Below are positions 27,209-35,989 of a stretch of DNA of 64,000 bases, piece after piece. The DNA comes from a virus. Taxonomy: Duplodnaviria; Heunggongvirae; Uroviricota; Caudoviricetes. The position numbers and the translations under genes are program-made. The notes beneath the pieces are model-generated. The model saw only the letters and a program-made list of their open reading frames with translations, was not told the DNA's origin and did not search any database. Positions within the stretch are counted from its first letter, which is position 1. Each line of letters starts with the position of its first letter. The stretch is from IMG/VR virus record IMGVR_UViG_2974602345_000001, positions 77,332 through 141,331 of that record, one strand, 5' to 3'.

Positions 27209-27846
27209 TGTGGATTAGCCTTCAGCTGTGTGTCCAGGAACGCTTTGAACGCAGCAGCGTCACACATCACACCTGACACGTTGACCAGCTTGGGCTTGAC
27301 ACGGATGTTGTCCATCTTCAAGACCTGCTTGAGATCATACTCGAGCTCGTCAGCGTTTTTGTGTGCTCGGCTGAACGACTCCTCAGACACGCTGACCAGA
27401 ATGATGCCATTCTTACCACCAATCACTCCAACGAAATGTTGGTGGTATTCGTAGTTGAACTTTTTGAACTCAGTGTCATCATAACCACGACGTTTGAGTT
27501 CATCCACTGCCAGCAGGAGGATTTCCTTGTTGCTGTTCACGCGAATCTTCACGTGAGGGAACTTTTTTGGCGTGAACTCAGCCATGGTGCGAAGGTTGCC
27601 CGTAAACTTCCCAGACTGGGAGTCAGCGCGGGCACACATGAAGTCACCATCTTTGTCAAGGCCGACTAAGAATTTCACGTCTTTTGTGCTGGCGCAATTG
27701 GTAACAGTCCTGAAGCTACCAAAGTTCTTGCTGACGTTGAAGCCGAACCCTTTGGCCAGCTCACGAACCTTATCTCATGCCTCGCTTCCTGCAGCGAAGA
27801 CGTCATCTACTTCAAAGTAATCGTACTTCTTCAACGGTCTGACCAT
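27205..27846 (-). pseudogene. Gene interrupted by a single in-frame TGA at 27777..27775. A 214-codon frame starts at an ATG with a strong RBS; the track calls only 27205..27678.
   Basis: TAAGGAGAT, then a 6-nt spacer, then the ATG at 27846. Translation gives MVRPLKKYDYFEVDDVFAAGSEA, then TGA, then DKVRELAKGFGFNVSKNFGSFRTVTNCASTKDV in the same frame, then the GTG at 27678 that begins the track ORF. No alternative start codon lies between the TGA and that GTG. Confidence 0.45.
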
Positions 27847-27858
27847 TGATGTATCTCC

Positions 27859-28446
27859 TTAGAGGTTGATCTCGATCTTGATGCCAAACTCTACAGCGAG
27901 GAACTCTGCAAAGTCAAGACGATCAAACGGAAGGTAAAGGTTGTAGCAGGGCACTTTGTACTGCTTGGCGAGCAACCATGCAGTCCGAGTGCCACCTTCA
28001 GGGACGCCCTCATCATCAGTAACTGCATAGCACACGAGGAAGTCAGATGGCTCAATCAGCTCACCACCCAGCACCTGATAGATGTTGCGCGTGTGCATCT
28101 GCTTGGCACCCGGCTTCAGCTTGTCCCAGTGCTTGTGAATGCCCTTGGCCATATCACGTGCCATGCTGTCGAGTACCATCGGCTTGTTGCCGTGATAGTT
28201 CAGCGTGTCAGTCATTGACCGATTGTTGAACCCGGGCCACGGAAGGTATATGTCGTATAGCTGCTTAGGGCTACGCACAAGGCGCTCTTTGGCGCCCATT
28301 TCAAAAGCGGTATCAGCACCATCCGCGCCGCCTGAACGTACTGTGTAGCCCTGCTTTGAAAGTGCAACGGCTATGTCAAACAGGACTTTCATCACATGAG
28401 GCAGCTTTCTGCACGCACGTGATCCAATGCCGGTGTAATAGGGCAT
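27859..28446 (-). CDS. SLOG/DprA-like Rossmann-fold nucleotide-binding protein
   Basis: MPYYTGIGSRACRKLP...RSGGADGADTAFE matches the glycine-rich loop and GxDG pattern of the SLOG (DprA/Smf/LOG-like) superfamily. Confidence 0.4.
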   Translation of the reverse strand: MPYYTGIGSRACRKLPHVMKVLFDIAVALSKQGYTVRSGGADGADTAFEMGAKERLVRSPKQLYDIYLPWPGFNNRSMTDTLNYHGNKPMVLDSMARDMAKGIHKHWDKLKPGAKQMHTRNIYQVLGGELIEPSDFLVCYAVTDDEGVPEGGTRTAWLLAKQYKVPCYNLYLPFDRLDFAEFLAVEFGIKIEINL

Positions 28447-28479
28447 ATCAACATTTTCCTTATGTAGAAATAAAAAGTA

Positions 28480-28507
28480 AAAAAGACGGGACTGAGCCCG
28501 TCTTTTT
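28480..28507 (-). terminator. Intrinsic terminator on the minus strand (AAAAAGACGGG-loop-CCCGTCTTTTT), flanked by an A-run and a T-run
   Basis: A perfect GC-rich stem with poly-T on the transcribed strand, placed after the 28521-28913 gene. Confidence 0.6.
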
Positions 28508-28520
28508 CGTTGCGGTGTGG

Positions 28521-28913
28521 TTAACGGCGAGTGCGACGCTTGCCACGGCGGAACGGCATGGTGAACCCGTGCTGGGCCAGCTCTGCTTTCAGCTCACGGA
28601 TCTTCTCGATGCGTTCCGTGATCTCGCCTTCCAGTCGCTTCACTTCGCCGCGGATCTCGTACAGACGATCGCCCGCCGGCTCGACCTTGACAGCGAAGTC
28701 GTCGTGGGTGAGGATCGCAGTCTTGTAGTCGTCCGCCAGAGGGAAGTCGCCGATCAGCCAAGAATCTTCGGAGCTACCATTCCAGTTGGTACCCATGAAG
28801 GTGGGCGGCGTCACCCACATATGGATTTCACCGTCTGCATCCTGGGAGAGGTAGCAGTAGTTCAGGTTCGGGAAAGTAGCGTATTCGCTTTTAACGATCT
28901 CGATGAGTTTCAT
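28521..28913 (-). CDS. Hypothetical protein (130 aa) with a basic C-terminal tail
   Basis: An internal ATG with an AAGG ribosome-binding site. The C-terminus (RRGKRRTRR) is highly basic. Confidence 0.4.
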   Translation of the reverse strand: MKLIEIVKSEYATFPNLNYCYLSQDADGEIHMWVTPPTFMGTNWNGSSEDSWLIGDFPLADDYKTAILTHDDFAVKVEPAGDRLYEIRGEVKRLEGEITERIEKIRELKAELAQHGFTMPFRRGKRRTRR

Positions 28914-29012
28914 TGGTTTGTACCTTGTTGGTTGATGTGTGAGCGTTTTGTTACGCTCAAAACAAAGCCTAGTATGAACTAGGCTTTGTGTCAAGCACCT
29001 TACCAGGAAATA

Positions 29013-30629
29013 TTATCCGAGCAGGGTTTTGCGAACCTCAGCCAGGGTGGCTGGGTATGCAGTGCCGTTCGAGAACACAGGGGTCATCAGGCCTACGCCG
29101 ACGTTCTCTGGTTGCTGATCGCGCAGGATGAACTTGCCATCCTCCTGCTCAACCACCAGCAGGCCACGAGCAGATTTCTTGAGCTTGTCACCCGTCTTCG
29201 GATCTTTGAACAGTTCGATGAACTCGTCATCAACCTGAGTGGCAGTTGCCTTGACAGCGAACCCGAAGGTGTCACGAGTCGAGTAGTTGTAGGTGTACGA
29301 GCCGATGCCCAGGACCACGTTGGACGAAGCGAAGCCTTTCTCCGCCAGACGCTCCAGGATTGCCCACTGACGCTCCAGAGTGATGCTGTCACCGTAGATC
29401 AGGCCGATGTGGCTGTCCAGTTCTTTGAAGCCCTTGTCATTGACGGTGCCACCGAAGGTGTCCCACAGCAGTTCGATGGAGCCCTTGATGACGTGCTCAG
29501 GAATCGGTTCAGCACCACCTTTGAACACTGCACCGTCCCATGCGCTGAGTGGATACGCAACACCATCACGAGTACGACGATACGAACCTTCCTTCAGACC
29601 GCAGATGATGTCGATCGGGTTGCCACTGTCTGGGCGAACGACCAGCTTGCCATCGCGAGCCATGATGGCTGCTTTGACTTCTGGGTCTGGCAGCAGTTTA
29701 GTCAGAACGCCCCAGTAGTCGTAAGTGTCAGCAACATAGCTGGCGATGCCGGTCGGCACGATGCGCGTGATGTAGTCGAGCAGGAAGCGTTTCTCAGCTT
29801 GCAGCAGGACTGCATCTTCATCCAGGTCCGGGTTCTCCTTACGGATGTCACGAGCGTGGAACAGAATGTTGCTGGAGCTGATGCTGTGCTCGGTTGCCGG
29901 CACACTACCACCAACCAGTTCGGTGTCGACGTTGGCGCCGTAGTAGTCTTCCAGGTAGTCGACTGCCGAGACGTTGTCAGTGCCGCAGAACGGAACCATG
30001 TGTGCTGCACCGCTGCGAGCGCTGTCTTCAGGACCACTCATGCCACGCGAACTGAAGTCGTGGCCCTGCCAGATGATCAGGTCACGATTGGCGCCGGTGA
30101 TGTCAGCGAAGTGCTCGAACACACGACGGTACTCGTAGGCGATGGTCGCGTTGGTGCACGACTTCCAGATCATGTTGCTTTCGGTCGGCTCGATGTAGTT
30201 CGGCAGCCAGGCGAAGTCAGGGTGCGTGTTCTGGATGGTCATCACAGGGATCTTCATGTCAACACGAGACCCTTCAGGCAGTGCCAGGACCAGCAGAGGC
30301 AGATAGCCCAGGTCGTGCAGTTGCTCGAAGCCATCAACCGGGATAGCGCCCTCGGCGATCAGCTTGTCGCAGCGGCGTTTGAACTTGGCAACCACTTCAG
30401 CCTTCGGCTTGTTGAAGAACTGTTCGTTGAAGCCCTCGACCAGGAACTCTTGCACGAAGCCAGTGATGCCGAACAAGACGATCTTGTTGTCGTACAGCGG
30501 GCCACCTTTGAACAGGCGATCGGCGCGTGGCGTGAAGTTCTGGTACAGGAAGTTGGTGCCTTGGCGCAGCATTGCGCGGTGACCCAGCTTGTAAACGTCG
30601 GTAGCGTGTTGTGGGCGAAGTTTGAACAT
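29013..30629 (-). CDS. nadV: Nicotinamide phosphoribosyltransferase (NAMPT / NadV)
   Basis: VVRPDSGNPIDIICGL matches NAMPT IIRPDSGNPLDTV. Also present are GSVPATEHS, the C-terminal LGIGSYTY and the usual spread of family motifs. Confidence 0.8.
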   Translation of the reverse strand: MFKLRPQHATDVYKLGHRAMLRQGTNFLYQNFTPRADRLFKGGPLYDNKIVLFGITGFVQEFLVEGFNEQFFNKPKAEVVAKFKRRCDKLIAEGAIPVDGFEQLHDLGYLPLLVLALPEGSRVDMKIPVMTIQNTHPDFAWLPNYIEPTESNMIWKSCTNATIAYEYRRVFEHFADITGANRDLIIWQGHDFSSRGMSGPEDSARSGAAHMVPFCGTDNVSAVDYLEDYYGANVDTELVGGSVPATEHSISSSNILFHARDIRKENPDLDEDAVLLQAEKRFLLDYITRIVPTGIASYVADTYDYWGVLTKLLPDPEVKAAIMARDGKLVVRPDSGNPIDIICGLKEGSYRRTRDGVAYPLSAWDGAVFKGGAEPIPEHVIKGSIELLWDTFGGTVNDKGFKELDSHIGLIYGDSITLERQWAILERLAEKGFASSNVVLGIGSYTYNYSTRDTFGFAVKATATQVDDEFIELFKDPKTGDKLKKSARGLLVVEQEDGKFILRDQQPENVGVGLMTPVFSNGTAYPATLAEVRKTLLG

Positions 30630-30660
30630 GGATTGCTTTCCTTATATGATGAAATTGAGA

Positions 30661-31500
30661 TCACAGCAACATCAGTGGGCGAACGGAGAAGTTCTCCGTG
30701 ACGTCGAAATACTTTGACTTGTCGCCTGTCCAAGAATCAGTAGTGTAGACATGGTGGAAGTGTTTCGCGACAACTTCTACACCTTTGGTAAAGAGGCCGT
30801 GCGTTACCGCGAGCTCTACCTTCTTGGCACCTTTGGTAAGGGCAGCCAGTTCGATGAAAGTGCGGCCACCATCGCAAATGTCGTCCAGGACAAACAAGTG
30901 CAGGTCAGTCACATCAGCAGACATCGACAAGTTGATGATCTTGCCAGTCGACAGTTCACGCTCTTTGTTGCAGACGATGACACCTGCGGCACCTACAGCC
31001 TTGGCGAACGCAGATGCTTTCTTCGACGCACCGTTATCAGGCGCAACGATGTGCACATGGTCCCACTGGTGCTTGATGTGATAGAACACATCGTACTGAG
31101 TCCAGACGTTCACGTTGTCGATCAGCGCAGGCATGACGTCGCTGTGTGGGTCGACGATAATCACTTCCTTGAAGCCGCAGCTATTGATCAGCTTGGCCAT
31201 CACGGCTGCAGACAGTGCTTCACCTTGGTTGCACACGCGATCCTGGCGAGCATACGGCACATACGGAATGCGCGCACGCAGTTCGATACCAGGGTACTCA
31301 CGGCGTAATGCATCCACCAGCAACAGCAGGGCGAAGATCTCGTCATTGTTGTGCAGGTGAGCTTCGATGATAGCCTCGTTCACTATCGGGTAGTACGGGC
31401 CAATGTGGCTGATGCTGTTGAGCTTGATGCCCACTTCACCCGCAGGGAAGTTGGTGCGGCTGACGTGGAAGAGGGCGTTGTCGATTCGATACTTGAGCAT
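30661..31500 (-). CDS. prs: Ribose-phosphate pyrophosphokinase (PRPP synthetase, Prs)
   Basis: The IVDPHS and VLDDICDGGRT PRPP-binding motifs are present. Confidence 0.8.
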   Translation of the reverse strand: MLKYRIDNALFHVSRTNFPAGEVGIKLNSISHIGPYYPIVNEAIIEAHLHNNDEIFALLLLVDALRREYPGIELRARIPYVPYARQDRVCNQGEALSAAVMAKLINSCGFKEVIIVDPHSDVMPALIDNVNVWTQYDVFYHIKHQWDHVHIVAPDNGASKKASAFAKAVGAAGVIVCNKERELSTGKIINLSMSADVTDLHLFVLDDICDGGRTFIELAALTKGAKKVELAVTHGLFTKGVEVVAKHFHHVYTTDSWTGDKSKYFDVTENFSVRPLMLL

Positions 31501-31567
31501 TTCTGGCTCCTCATGATGTAGAAAAGCAGAAGGTTGTTACGCCTTCTGCTTCACAGTTACTGCGGTG

Positions 31568-32419
31568 TCACTGGTTGTACATGCGGTTCTGAAGACCGAC
31601 GTTGGTCAGGGATTCGTACGGGACGAACACCTTGTTCTCGCTGTTGGCCATCTTCTCCATGATTTCCAGCTGGCGGTATTGCAGCAGCATCGGGTTCAGA
31701 CCAGCGGCAGTTTTCAGGTTCTCATCACGCAGAGTTTCGGCGCGCTTGATACGGATGTTGTAGTCCGCATTGGCCAGCTCCATCTCGTTGCGCTTCTGCA
31801 CCATCTTCACAGCCTGCTCGTTCTCTTCCGTCTGGATAGCGAACTTGCGCTCGTTCTGCTTCTTGATGGCGTCGTCGATCTCTTTCGGATAGTCCAGGTC
31901 CGCCATGGTGATGTTCGACACTTCCAGCGGGCTGTTCTCCATCGCCTTGCGCAGCTCAGTGGTCAACTCCTGACTGATCTTGTCATAGTTGTTGGACACC
32001 TCAGCCACTTCGTACTTGCTCAGCACAGAGCGCGACACAGCCTGGACGACGTCCTTACCGTAGACACCGTACACCATCGGCAGGGTCACCTTGTAGTCCT
32101 GGTGCTTGATGTCGTTGAACATCGAGTTGATCACCTTGTCGTTCCCGCTGATGCGAGTACGGAAGCGGACTTTCAGGCCCAGGGTCAGGTCGTCTTTCAT
32201 CTTGACCTGAATGTCTTCAGCGACGGTCTGGGTGCTGGTGTCCAGGATGACCATGTCTTCGGTCAACCACAGCCAGTACTTGCCGGTTTCTTTGACGTCA
32301 GTGGAATAACCCGCTGCCGACAGAACTTTGCCCTTGGCGGCTGGTGGTACAGTTACTTTCGAGCAACCGACCATGGCAACAGCCAACATCAACACGCACA
32401 TCATCTTTTTCAACATCAC
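31568..32419 (-). CDS. SPFH/band-7 (stomatin/prohibitin-like) lipoprotein
   Basis: A signal peptide with a lipobox (LAVAMVGCS) is followed by an SPFH core and a coiled-coil C-terminus. Confidence 0.6.
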   Translation of the reverse strand: MMLKKMMCVLMLAVAMVGCSKVTVPPAAKGKVLSAAGYSTDVKETGKYWLWLTEDMVILDTSTQTVAEDIQVKMKDDLTLGLKVRFRTRISGNDKVINSMFNDIKHQDYKVTLPMVYGVYGKDVVQAVSRSVLSKYEVAEVSNNYDKISQELTTELRKAMENSPLEVSNITMADLDYPKEIDDAIKKQNERKFAIQTEENEQAVKMVQKRNEMELANADYNIRIKRAETLRDENLKTAAGLNPMLLQYRQLEIMEKMANSENKVFVPYESLTNVGLQNRMYNQ

Positions 32420-32757
32420 TTCAGTTCCTCTTTAGTGGTTTGGGTTTTCTGATCTACAACGTCTTTGAATTGTTGTTGAACAGTGGCAGCATTTTGTTGT
32501 TTGCTCTCCACTTTGTCAATAACTTTTTCGTTTGGTAAGGCATCGAAACGCCCGCGGTTGAGGTCCGCTTGACGGGTGCCAACATCGAACGCACTCAGCG
32601 CAACGATGAACGCCAGTACGGTGATTGCAGTGGCGTACAACTTGGTGCGTGGGTTCTTCTTGAACTTCAGCACAACAGTACCAGCCGATGCGATGAGCAA
32701 CAGTGCAACCGCCACCAGCAACATCAACGGACTCCACGACAAATGAATATCGAACAT
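32416..32757 (-). CDS. Membrane protein partner of the SPFH protein (NfeD-like role inferred)
   Basis: Two TM helices. ATGA overlap with the downstream SPFH gene. Confidence 0.4.
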   Translation of the reverse strand: MFDIHLSWSPLMLLVAVALLLIASAGTVVLKFKKNPRTKLYATAITVLAFIVALSAFDVGTRQADLNRGRFDALPNEKVIDKVESKQQNAATVQQQFKDVVDQKTQTTKEELK

Positions 32758-32810
32758 CAGTTACATCTCCTAGTTAAGTGTGGGCCTAGTATAGACCCAC
32801 ATGGGTGAAG

Positions 32811-33035
32811 TTAATACGGAAGTTCTTGTTTGACTTTGATGATGATAATGTCGAGGTTGACATATTCACCACCGCCATCACGACCAGTCCTCAATGCATG
32901 GAGAACGCTCCATGCCACGAAATACTGGTCGTTGTACTGGATCCGCTCACCTACAGCAGGATGGGTAACCGCTGAATACTCAGTGATCTTCTCACCGTGT
33001 TCATCGACCAGTCGAACGCGACGCATGCCGTGCAT
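32811..33035 (-). CDS. Hypothetical protein (74 aa)
   Basis: A small ORF adjacent to the RNA ligase. Confidence 0.35.
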   Translation of the reverse strand: MHGMRRVRLVDEHGEKITEYSAVTHPAVGERIQYNDQYFVAWSVLHALRTGRDGGGEYVNLDIIIIKVKQELPY

Positions 33036-33037
33036 GG

Positions 33038-34117
33038 TTATTCCCCTTGCTTGATGAGGTAGCGGTTCGAGATCACCTTGAAGCTGAAGTGGCGAGTGAG
33101 GCTCTTGAGCACCAGACCTTCACGGTATTTGCCGTTCAGGCCACTCTCACCATCAGCCAGTTCCAGGATTTCCTGAATGGTTGCAGGCAACTCCATGCGA
33201 CGGCTGAAGGTAGGAACAATATCCACGTTCCAGTCACCACACAGACGGCGCATTTCACCTGGGAGCAGGTACTGCTGGTTGTCGATGTCAAACACGTTGT
33301 AGACGAACAGCTGGATTGAGTCAAGGCCTTCGAAGTTGCCTTGGATGCCTGGGCCGCACATTTCACCTTGGAACGCCAGCTGACGGCCTGTCTTTGCGTA
33401 GATTTCACGCAGCAGGGCGTCGAGGTTGTACTTGTTGAAGGTCTCGACGAACGCATTACCTTCATTACCTTCGATCTTCAGCTCCAGGTTGCGCGAGCAG
33501 ACGCCGGTGCGGACCTCACCATCGTCATCTTTCAGGTATGCGGTGAAGCTGCTGCCATCCAGCTTGTATGTGACGTTGAACTGCTCACCATCAGCCACAG
33601 CCTGGGTGTACGCGCGCTTGATGTTCTGGACTCGCTCCTGATCAGACTTGCGCAGGAAGTGAGGGAAGTTGCCACGGGCTTGGCCTGCAAGCTGAGCGTT
33701 CATCGGACGCTCCCACTTCAGAACACCCAGAGTTTCGGTCAGGTCCAGTTCGAACCCGCCCATCGACTCGAGGGCCTGGCGGTTGACCTCGTTTTGGATT
33801 TCAAGGCCGTTCGGCAGCTCATGCAGCGGGATCAGCAGGCCTTGGCTCAGCTCACCACGCAGCTTGATCGAGCGCAGACGCTCACCTTGAACGCCTTCGT
33901 AGACCTTAGGCTCTTTGCCTTTCGACAAGAACGGCGCAACAGTGGTAGGCACCCAGCTGTCGATTTCGAAGTAGCAGGCCAAGTCGCCTGGTTCATACAA
34001 GCCGCGCTGAGATACAACGACCCAGCCACCAATGGTGCACAGGTCCAGGGCGTCGGCGTTCGGGTGCTTGATAACGTCGTCAATCACGACGACTCGGGCT
34101 AGCTTGCGCTCGCTCAT
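33038..34117 (-). CDS. ATP-dependent RNA ligase with an N-terminal tRNA-binding OB-fold domain
   Basis: The N-terminal VVVIDDVIKHPNADALDLCTIGGWVVV matches the tRNA-binding (Trbp111/CsaA/MetRS C-terminal) signature KHPNADKL. The nucleotidyltransferase motif I YKLDGSS (KxDG) follows. Confidence 0.5.
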   Translation of the reverse strand: MSERKLARVVVIDDVIKHPNADALDLCTIGGWVVVSQRGLYEPGDLACYFEIDSWVPTTVAPFLSKGKEPKVYEGVQGERLRSIKLRGELSQGLLIPLHELPNGLEIQNEVNRQALESMGGFELDLTETLGVLKWERPMNAQLAGQARGNFPHFLRKSDQERVQNIKRAYTQAVADGEQFNVTYKLDGSSFTAYLKDDDGEVRTGVCSRNLELKIEGNEGNAFVETFNKYNLDALLREIYAKTGRQLAFQGEMCGPGIQGNFEGLDSIQLFVYNVFDIDNQQYLLPGEMRRLCGDWNVDIVPTFSRRMELPATIQEILELADGESGLNGKYREGLVLKSLTRHFSFKVISNRYLIKQGE

Positions 34118-34512
34118 TGTGGTGTTGCTCCTTTCAGTTGGTAGTGCTCGATGATAAAGTTGTGGAAGTTTTCGGGCGAATCACCAGCTGCACCACGGAT
34201 CCAGTAGTTGTAGCTGTAGCCCTTGCCGCGACTGCACGTGGAGTCATGGTAGCGCTGCCAGTCGCTCAACAGGCCCTTCACACCTGGGGCTAAGTTGACG
34301 CCAGACGCTAATAGTACATCACCGACAACGACTGAGTTTACACTGATGGATTCAATGTTCTTGGTGTACGCTTTGTCAGTGATCAGGCAGCCTACAGCAC
34401 ACATGGTACCGTTTTCACCGCGATACGCACAGCCACCACGATAGTCGAGGCTCTGTGCTTTCTGCTGGGTTAGGTGATCGCGGATGCGTTCAGAAATCTG
34501 TATCAGGTCCAT
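34114..34512 (-). CDS. Hypothetical protein, paralog B (132 aa), with the cysteine motif CAYRGENGTMCAVGCLI
   Basis: SERIRDHLTQQK...GGCAYRGENGTMCAVGCLITDKAYT is shared with the upstream gene. Confidence 0.45.
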   Translation of the reverse strand: MDLIQISERIRDHLTQQKAQSLDYRGGCAYRGENGTMCAVGCLITDKAYTKNIESISVNSVVVGDVLLASGVNLAPGVKGLLSDWQRYHDSTCSRGKGYSYNYWIRGAAGDSPENFHNFIIEHYQLKGATPQ

Positions 34513-34514
34513 GC

Positions 34515-34964
34515 TTACACCTCCGCCAGGTTGCGTTTGAGGCGAACTGCAAGGGTCTTGTGGCGATGATTTGCCGCCCCTGCAGTGATGATTTCACCAT
34601 CAGCGAAGTCGTCATGGAACGACTGCCAGTCATCCATCATATGAATGAATGCCTTGATGCGACGGTATTCACTGTCGTTGGCGCCTTCCAGGTTGAGGTC
34701 AATGCCCAGCGACTTGGCTACACCCATGGCAACCATTTCAGAGCCAGCGCTCTTGCGCTCCATCTCTGGGGTGTAGTGCTCGTCTGCGATCAGGCAACCG
34801 ACTGCACACATGGTACCATTTTCGCCACGATATGCGCAGAAGGTCTTAGTACCAGCACTGCCGTCGTTGTAGGGCTTAGCAGAACGAAACTTCTGCTTGA
34901 TCAGATGGTCACGGATGCGTTCCGATACACCGACAGCGAACTCGTAGTTGATCTGGTTCATCAT
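34515..34964 (-). CDS. Hypothetical protein, paralog A (about 150 aa), same cysteine motif
   Basis: SERIRDHLIKQK...FCAYRGENGTMCAVGCLIADEHYT. Start chosen at MMNQINYEF, which has a GGAGCAG ribosome-binding site. Confidence 0.45.
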   Translation of the reverse strand: MMNQINYEFAVGVSERIRDHLIKQKFRSAKPYNDGSAGTKTFCAYRGENGTMCAVGCLIADEHYTPEMERKSAGSEMVAMGVAKSLGIDLNLEGANDSEYRRIKAFIHMMDDWQSFHDDFADGEIITAGAANHRHKTLAVRLKRNLAEV

Positions 34965-34965
34965 G

Positions 34966-35121
34966 TCATTGCTGCTCCAGTAGGACATCGCCAATAGCCA
35001 TGGCAACGATTTTGTTCTGCTTGAGAACTTCAGTGAACTCGAAACTGCCTACACGGCGACGTTTAACAATGCCCTGCAGAAGCAGTTCGTTGAAGCGGTC
35101 TTCGTTAATCTTGACGATCAT
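34966..35121 (-). CDS. Small protein (51 aa)
   Basis: MIVKINEDRFNELLLQGIVKRRRVGSF... with a GGAGA ribosome-binding site. Its stop abuts the next start. Confidence 0.3.
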   Translation of the reverse strand: MIVKINEDRFNELLLQGIVKRRRVGSFEFTEVLKQNKIVAMAIGDVLLEQQ

Positions 35122-35184
35122 TGCAGCAGTCTCCAGTGAGAATGTGTTGAGTGCGCAGTACAGTACGCACTCAGGCCTTAGGTG

Positions 35185-35565
35185 TCAAGCCTTACCACCC
35201 AGGATCGACTTGTACAGTGCCGAGGAAGCTTCCAGACCCGAAGACCAGCTCCACTCGTTGCGGTAGTAGGCCTTGTAGGTCTCTTTGTCCAGCTGGACGT
35301 TTTCATCCACAGACACCTCGAGCATTTCGATCGCGTCGACGTACTCTTGCGAGTGGTCTTGTGGTGCCTGGATACGCAGCACCAGGTCACGGAAGTCACC
35401 TTTGCGCGCACGACGGGCGGCAGCCGACATGAACTTGATGACGGCTTTCTTGTAGTCAGCCTTCAGTTCAGCCAGTTGGGTTTGATGGATCTGGAGGCCA
35501 ACGTACAGCGCATTGATCAGTGCCTCACGATTGACGTTGACGGTTTGGTTACGCAGATTCAGCAT
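35185..35565 (-). CDS. Hypothetical protein (126 aa)
   Basis: ORF on the coding strand of this block. Confidence 0.4.
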   Translation of the reverse strand: MLNLRNQTVNVNREALINALYVGLQIHQTQLAELKADYKKAVIKFMSAAARRARKGDFRDLVLRIQAPQDHSQEYVDAIEMLEVSVDENVQLDKETYKAYYRNEWSWSSGLEASSALYKSILGGKA

Positions 35566-35952
35566 TGTTGCATCCTTACGGTTGGTGGGTTATCCGATTG
35601 CAGCCTCGAGCGCAGCGATTGCGTCAAGGTTGGTTTGTTCAAGAGCAGAACCATAGTAACCACCACGGTCATCGTAGTCGATGTGGTGCTTGTGGTTCTC
35701 CTCAAGAGCCTTCAAAGCGAGGCGGAGTGCATCCAGTTGTGCACCGCTCATCACAAGCACCCTGCGTTAGGCTCAGGGATTGGAGCGCGATCCTGGAGGA
35801 TGGCTTCGCGGATTGCGTTTTCGATGATGTGTTGGCGCTCATCAAAATTCGATGACTTTGAAGCGTGAGTTGCACGAGTTGCGATGTTGCGGATTTGAGC
35901 TTCAGTGATCATGGTGTGTAGTCCTTGACTTCACGTTGTGAGCACAAATAGT

Positions 35953-35972
35953 AAAGGGCCCGAAGGCCCTTT
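35953..35972. terminator. Terminator hairpin (AAAGGGCC-CGAA-GGCCCTTT)
   Basis: A perfect 8-bp stem with a tetraloop, a member of the recurring family. Confidence 0.5.
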
Positions 35973-35989
35973 GTCAACTGACTACCAAA

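Noticed and set aside
27775-27777. The in-frame TGA read as selenocysteine, or as a Trp codon under genetic code 4
   Set aside because: No SECIS-like hairpin follows the codon, and many other genes in the window terminate with TGA, for example gp62 and the kinase. A nonsense allele or leaky readthrough is more plausible.
28986-30701. A 571-aa plus-strand ORF
   Set aside because: Antisense to NAMPT.
33047-34102. Plus-strand ORFs of 90 and 253 aa
   Set aside because: Antisense to the RNA ligase.
35591-35910. Two short minus-strand ORFs of about 53 aa each, with AGGGTG and AAGGA ribosome-binding sites
   Set aside because: They are plausible small genes, but they overlap each other's ends and fall below a confident length. 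They are mentioned here rather than annotated.
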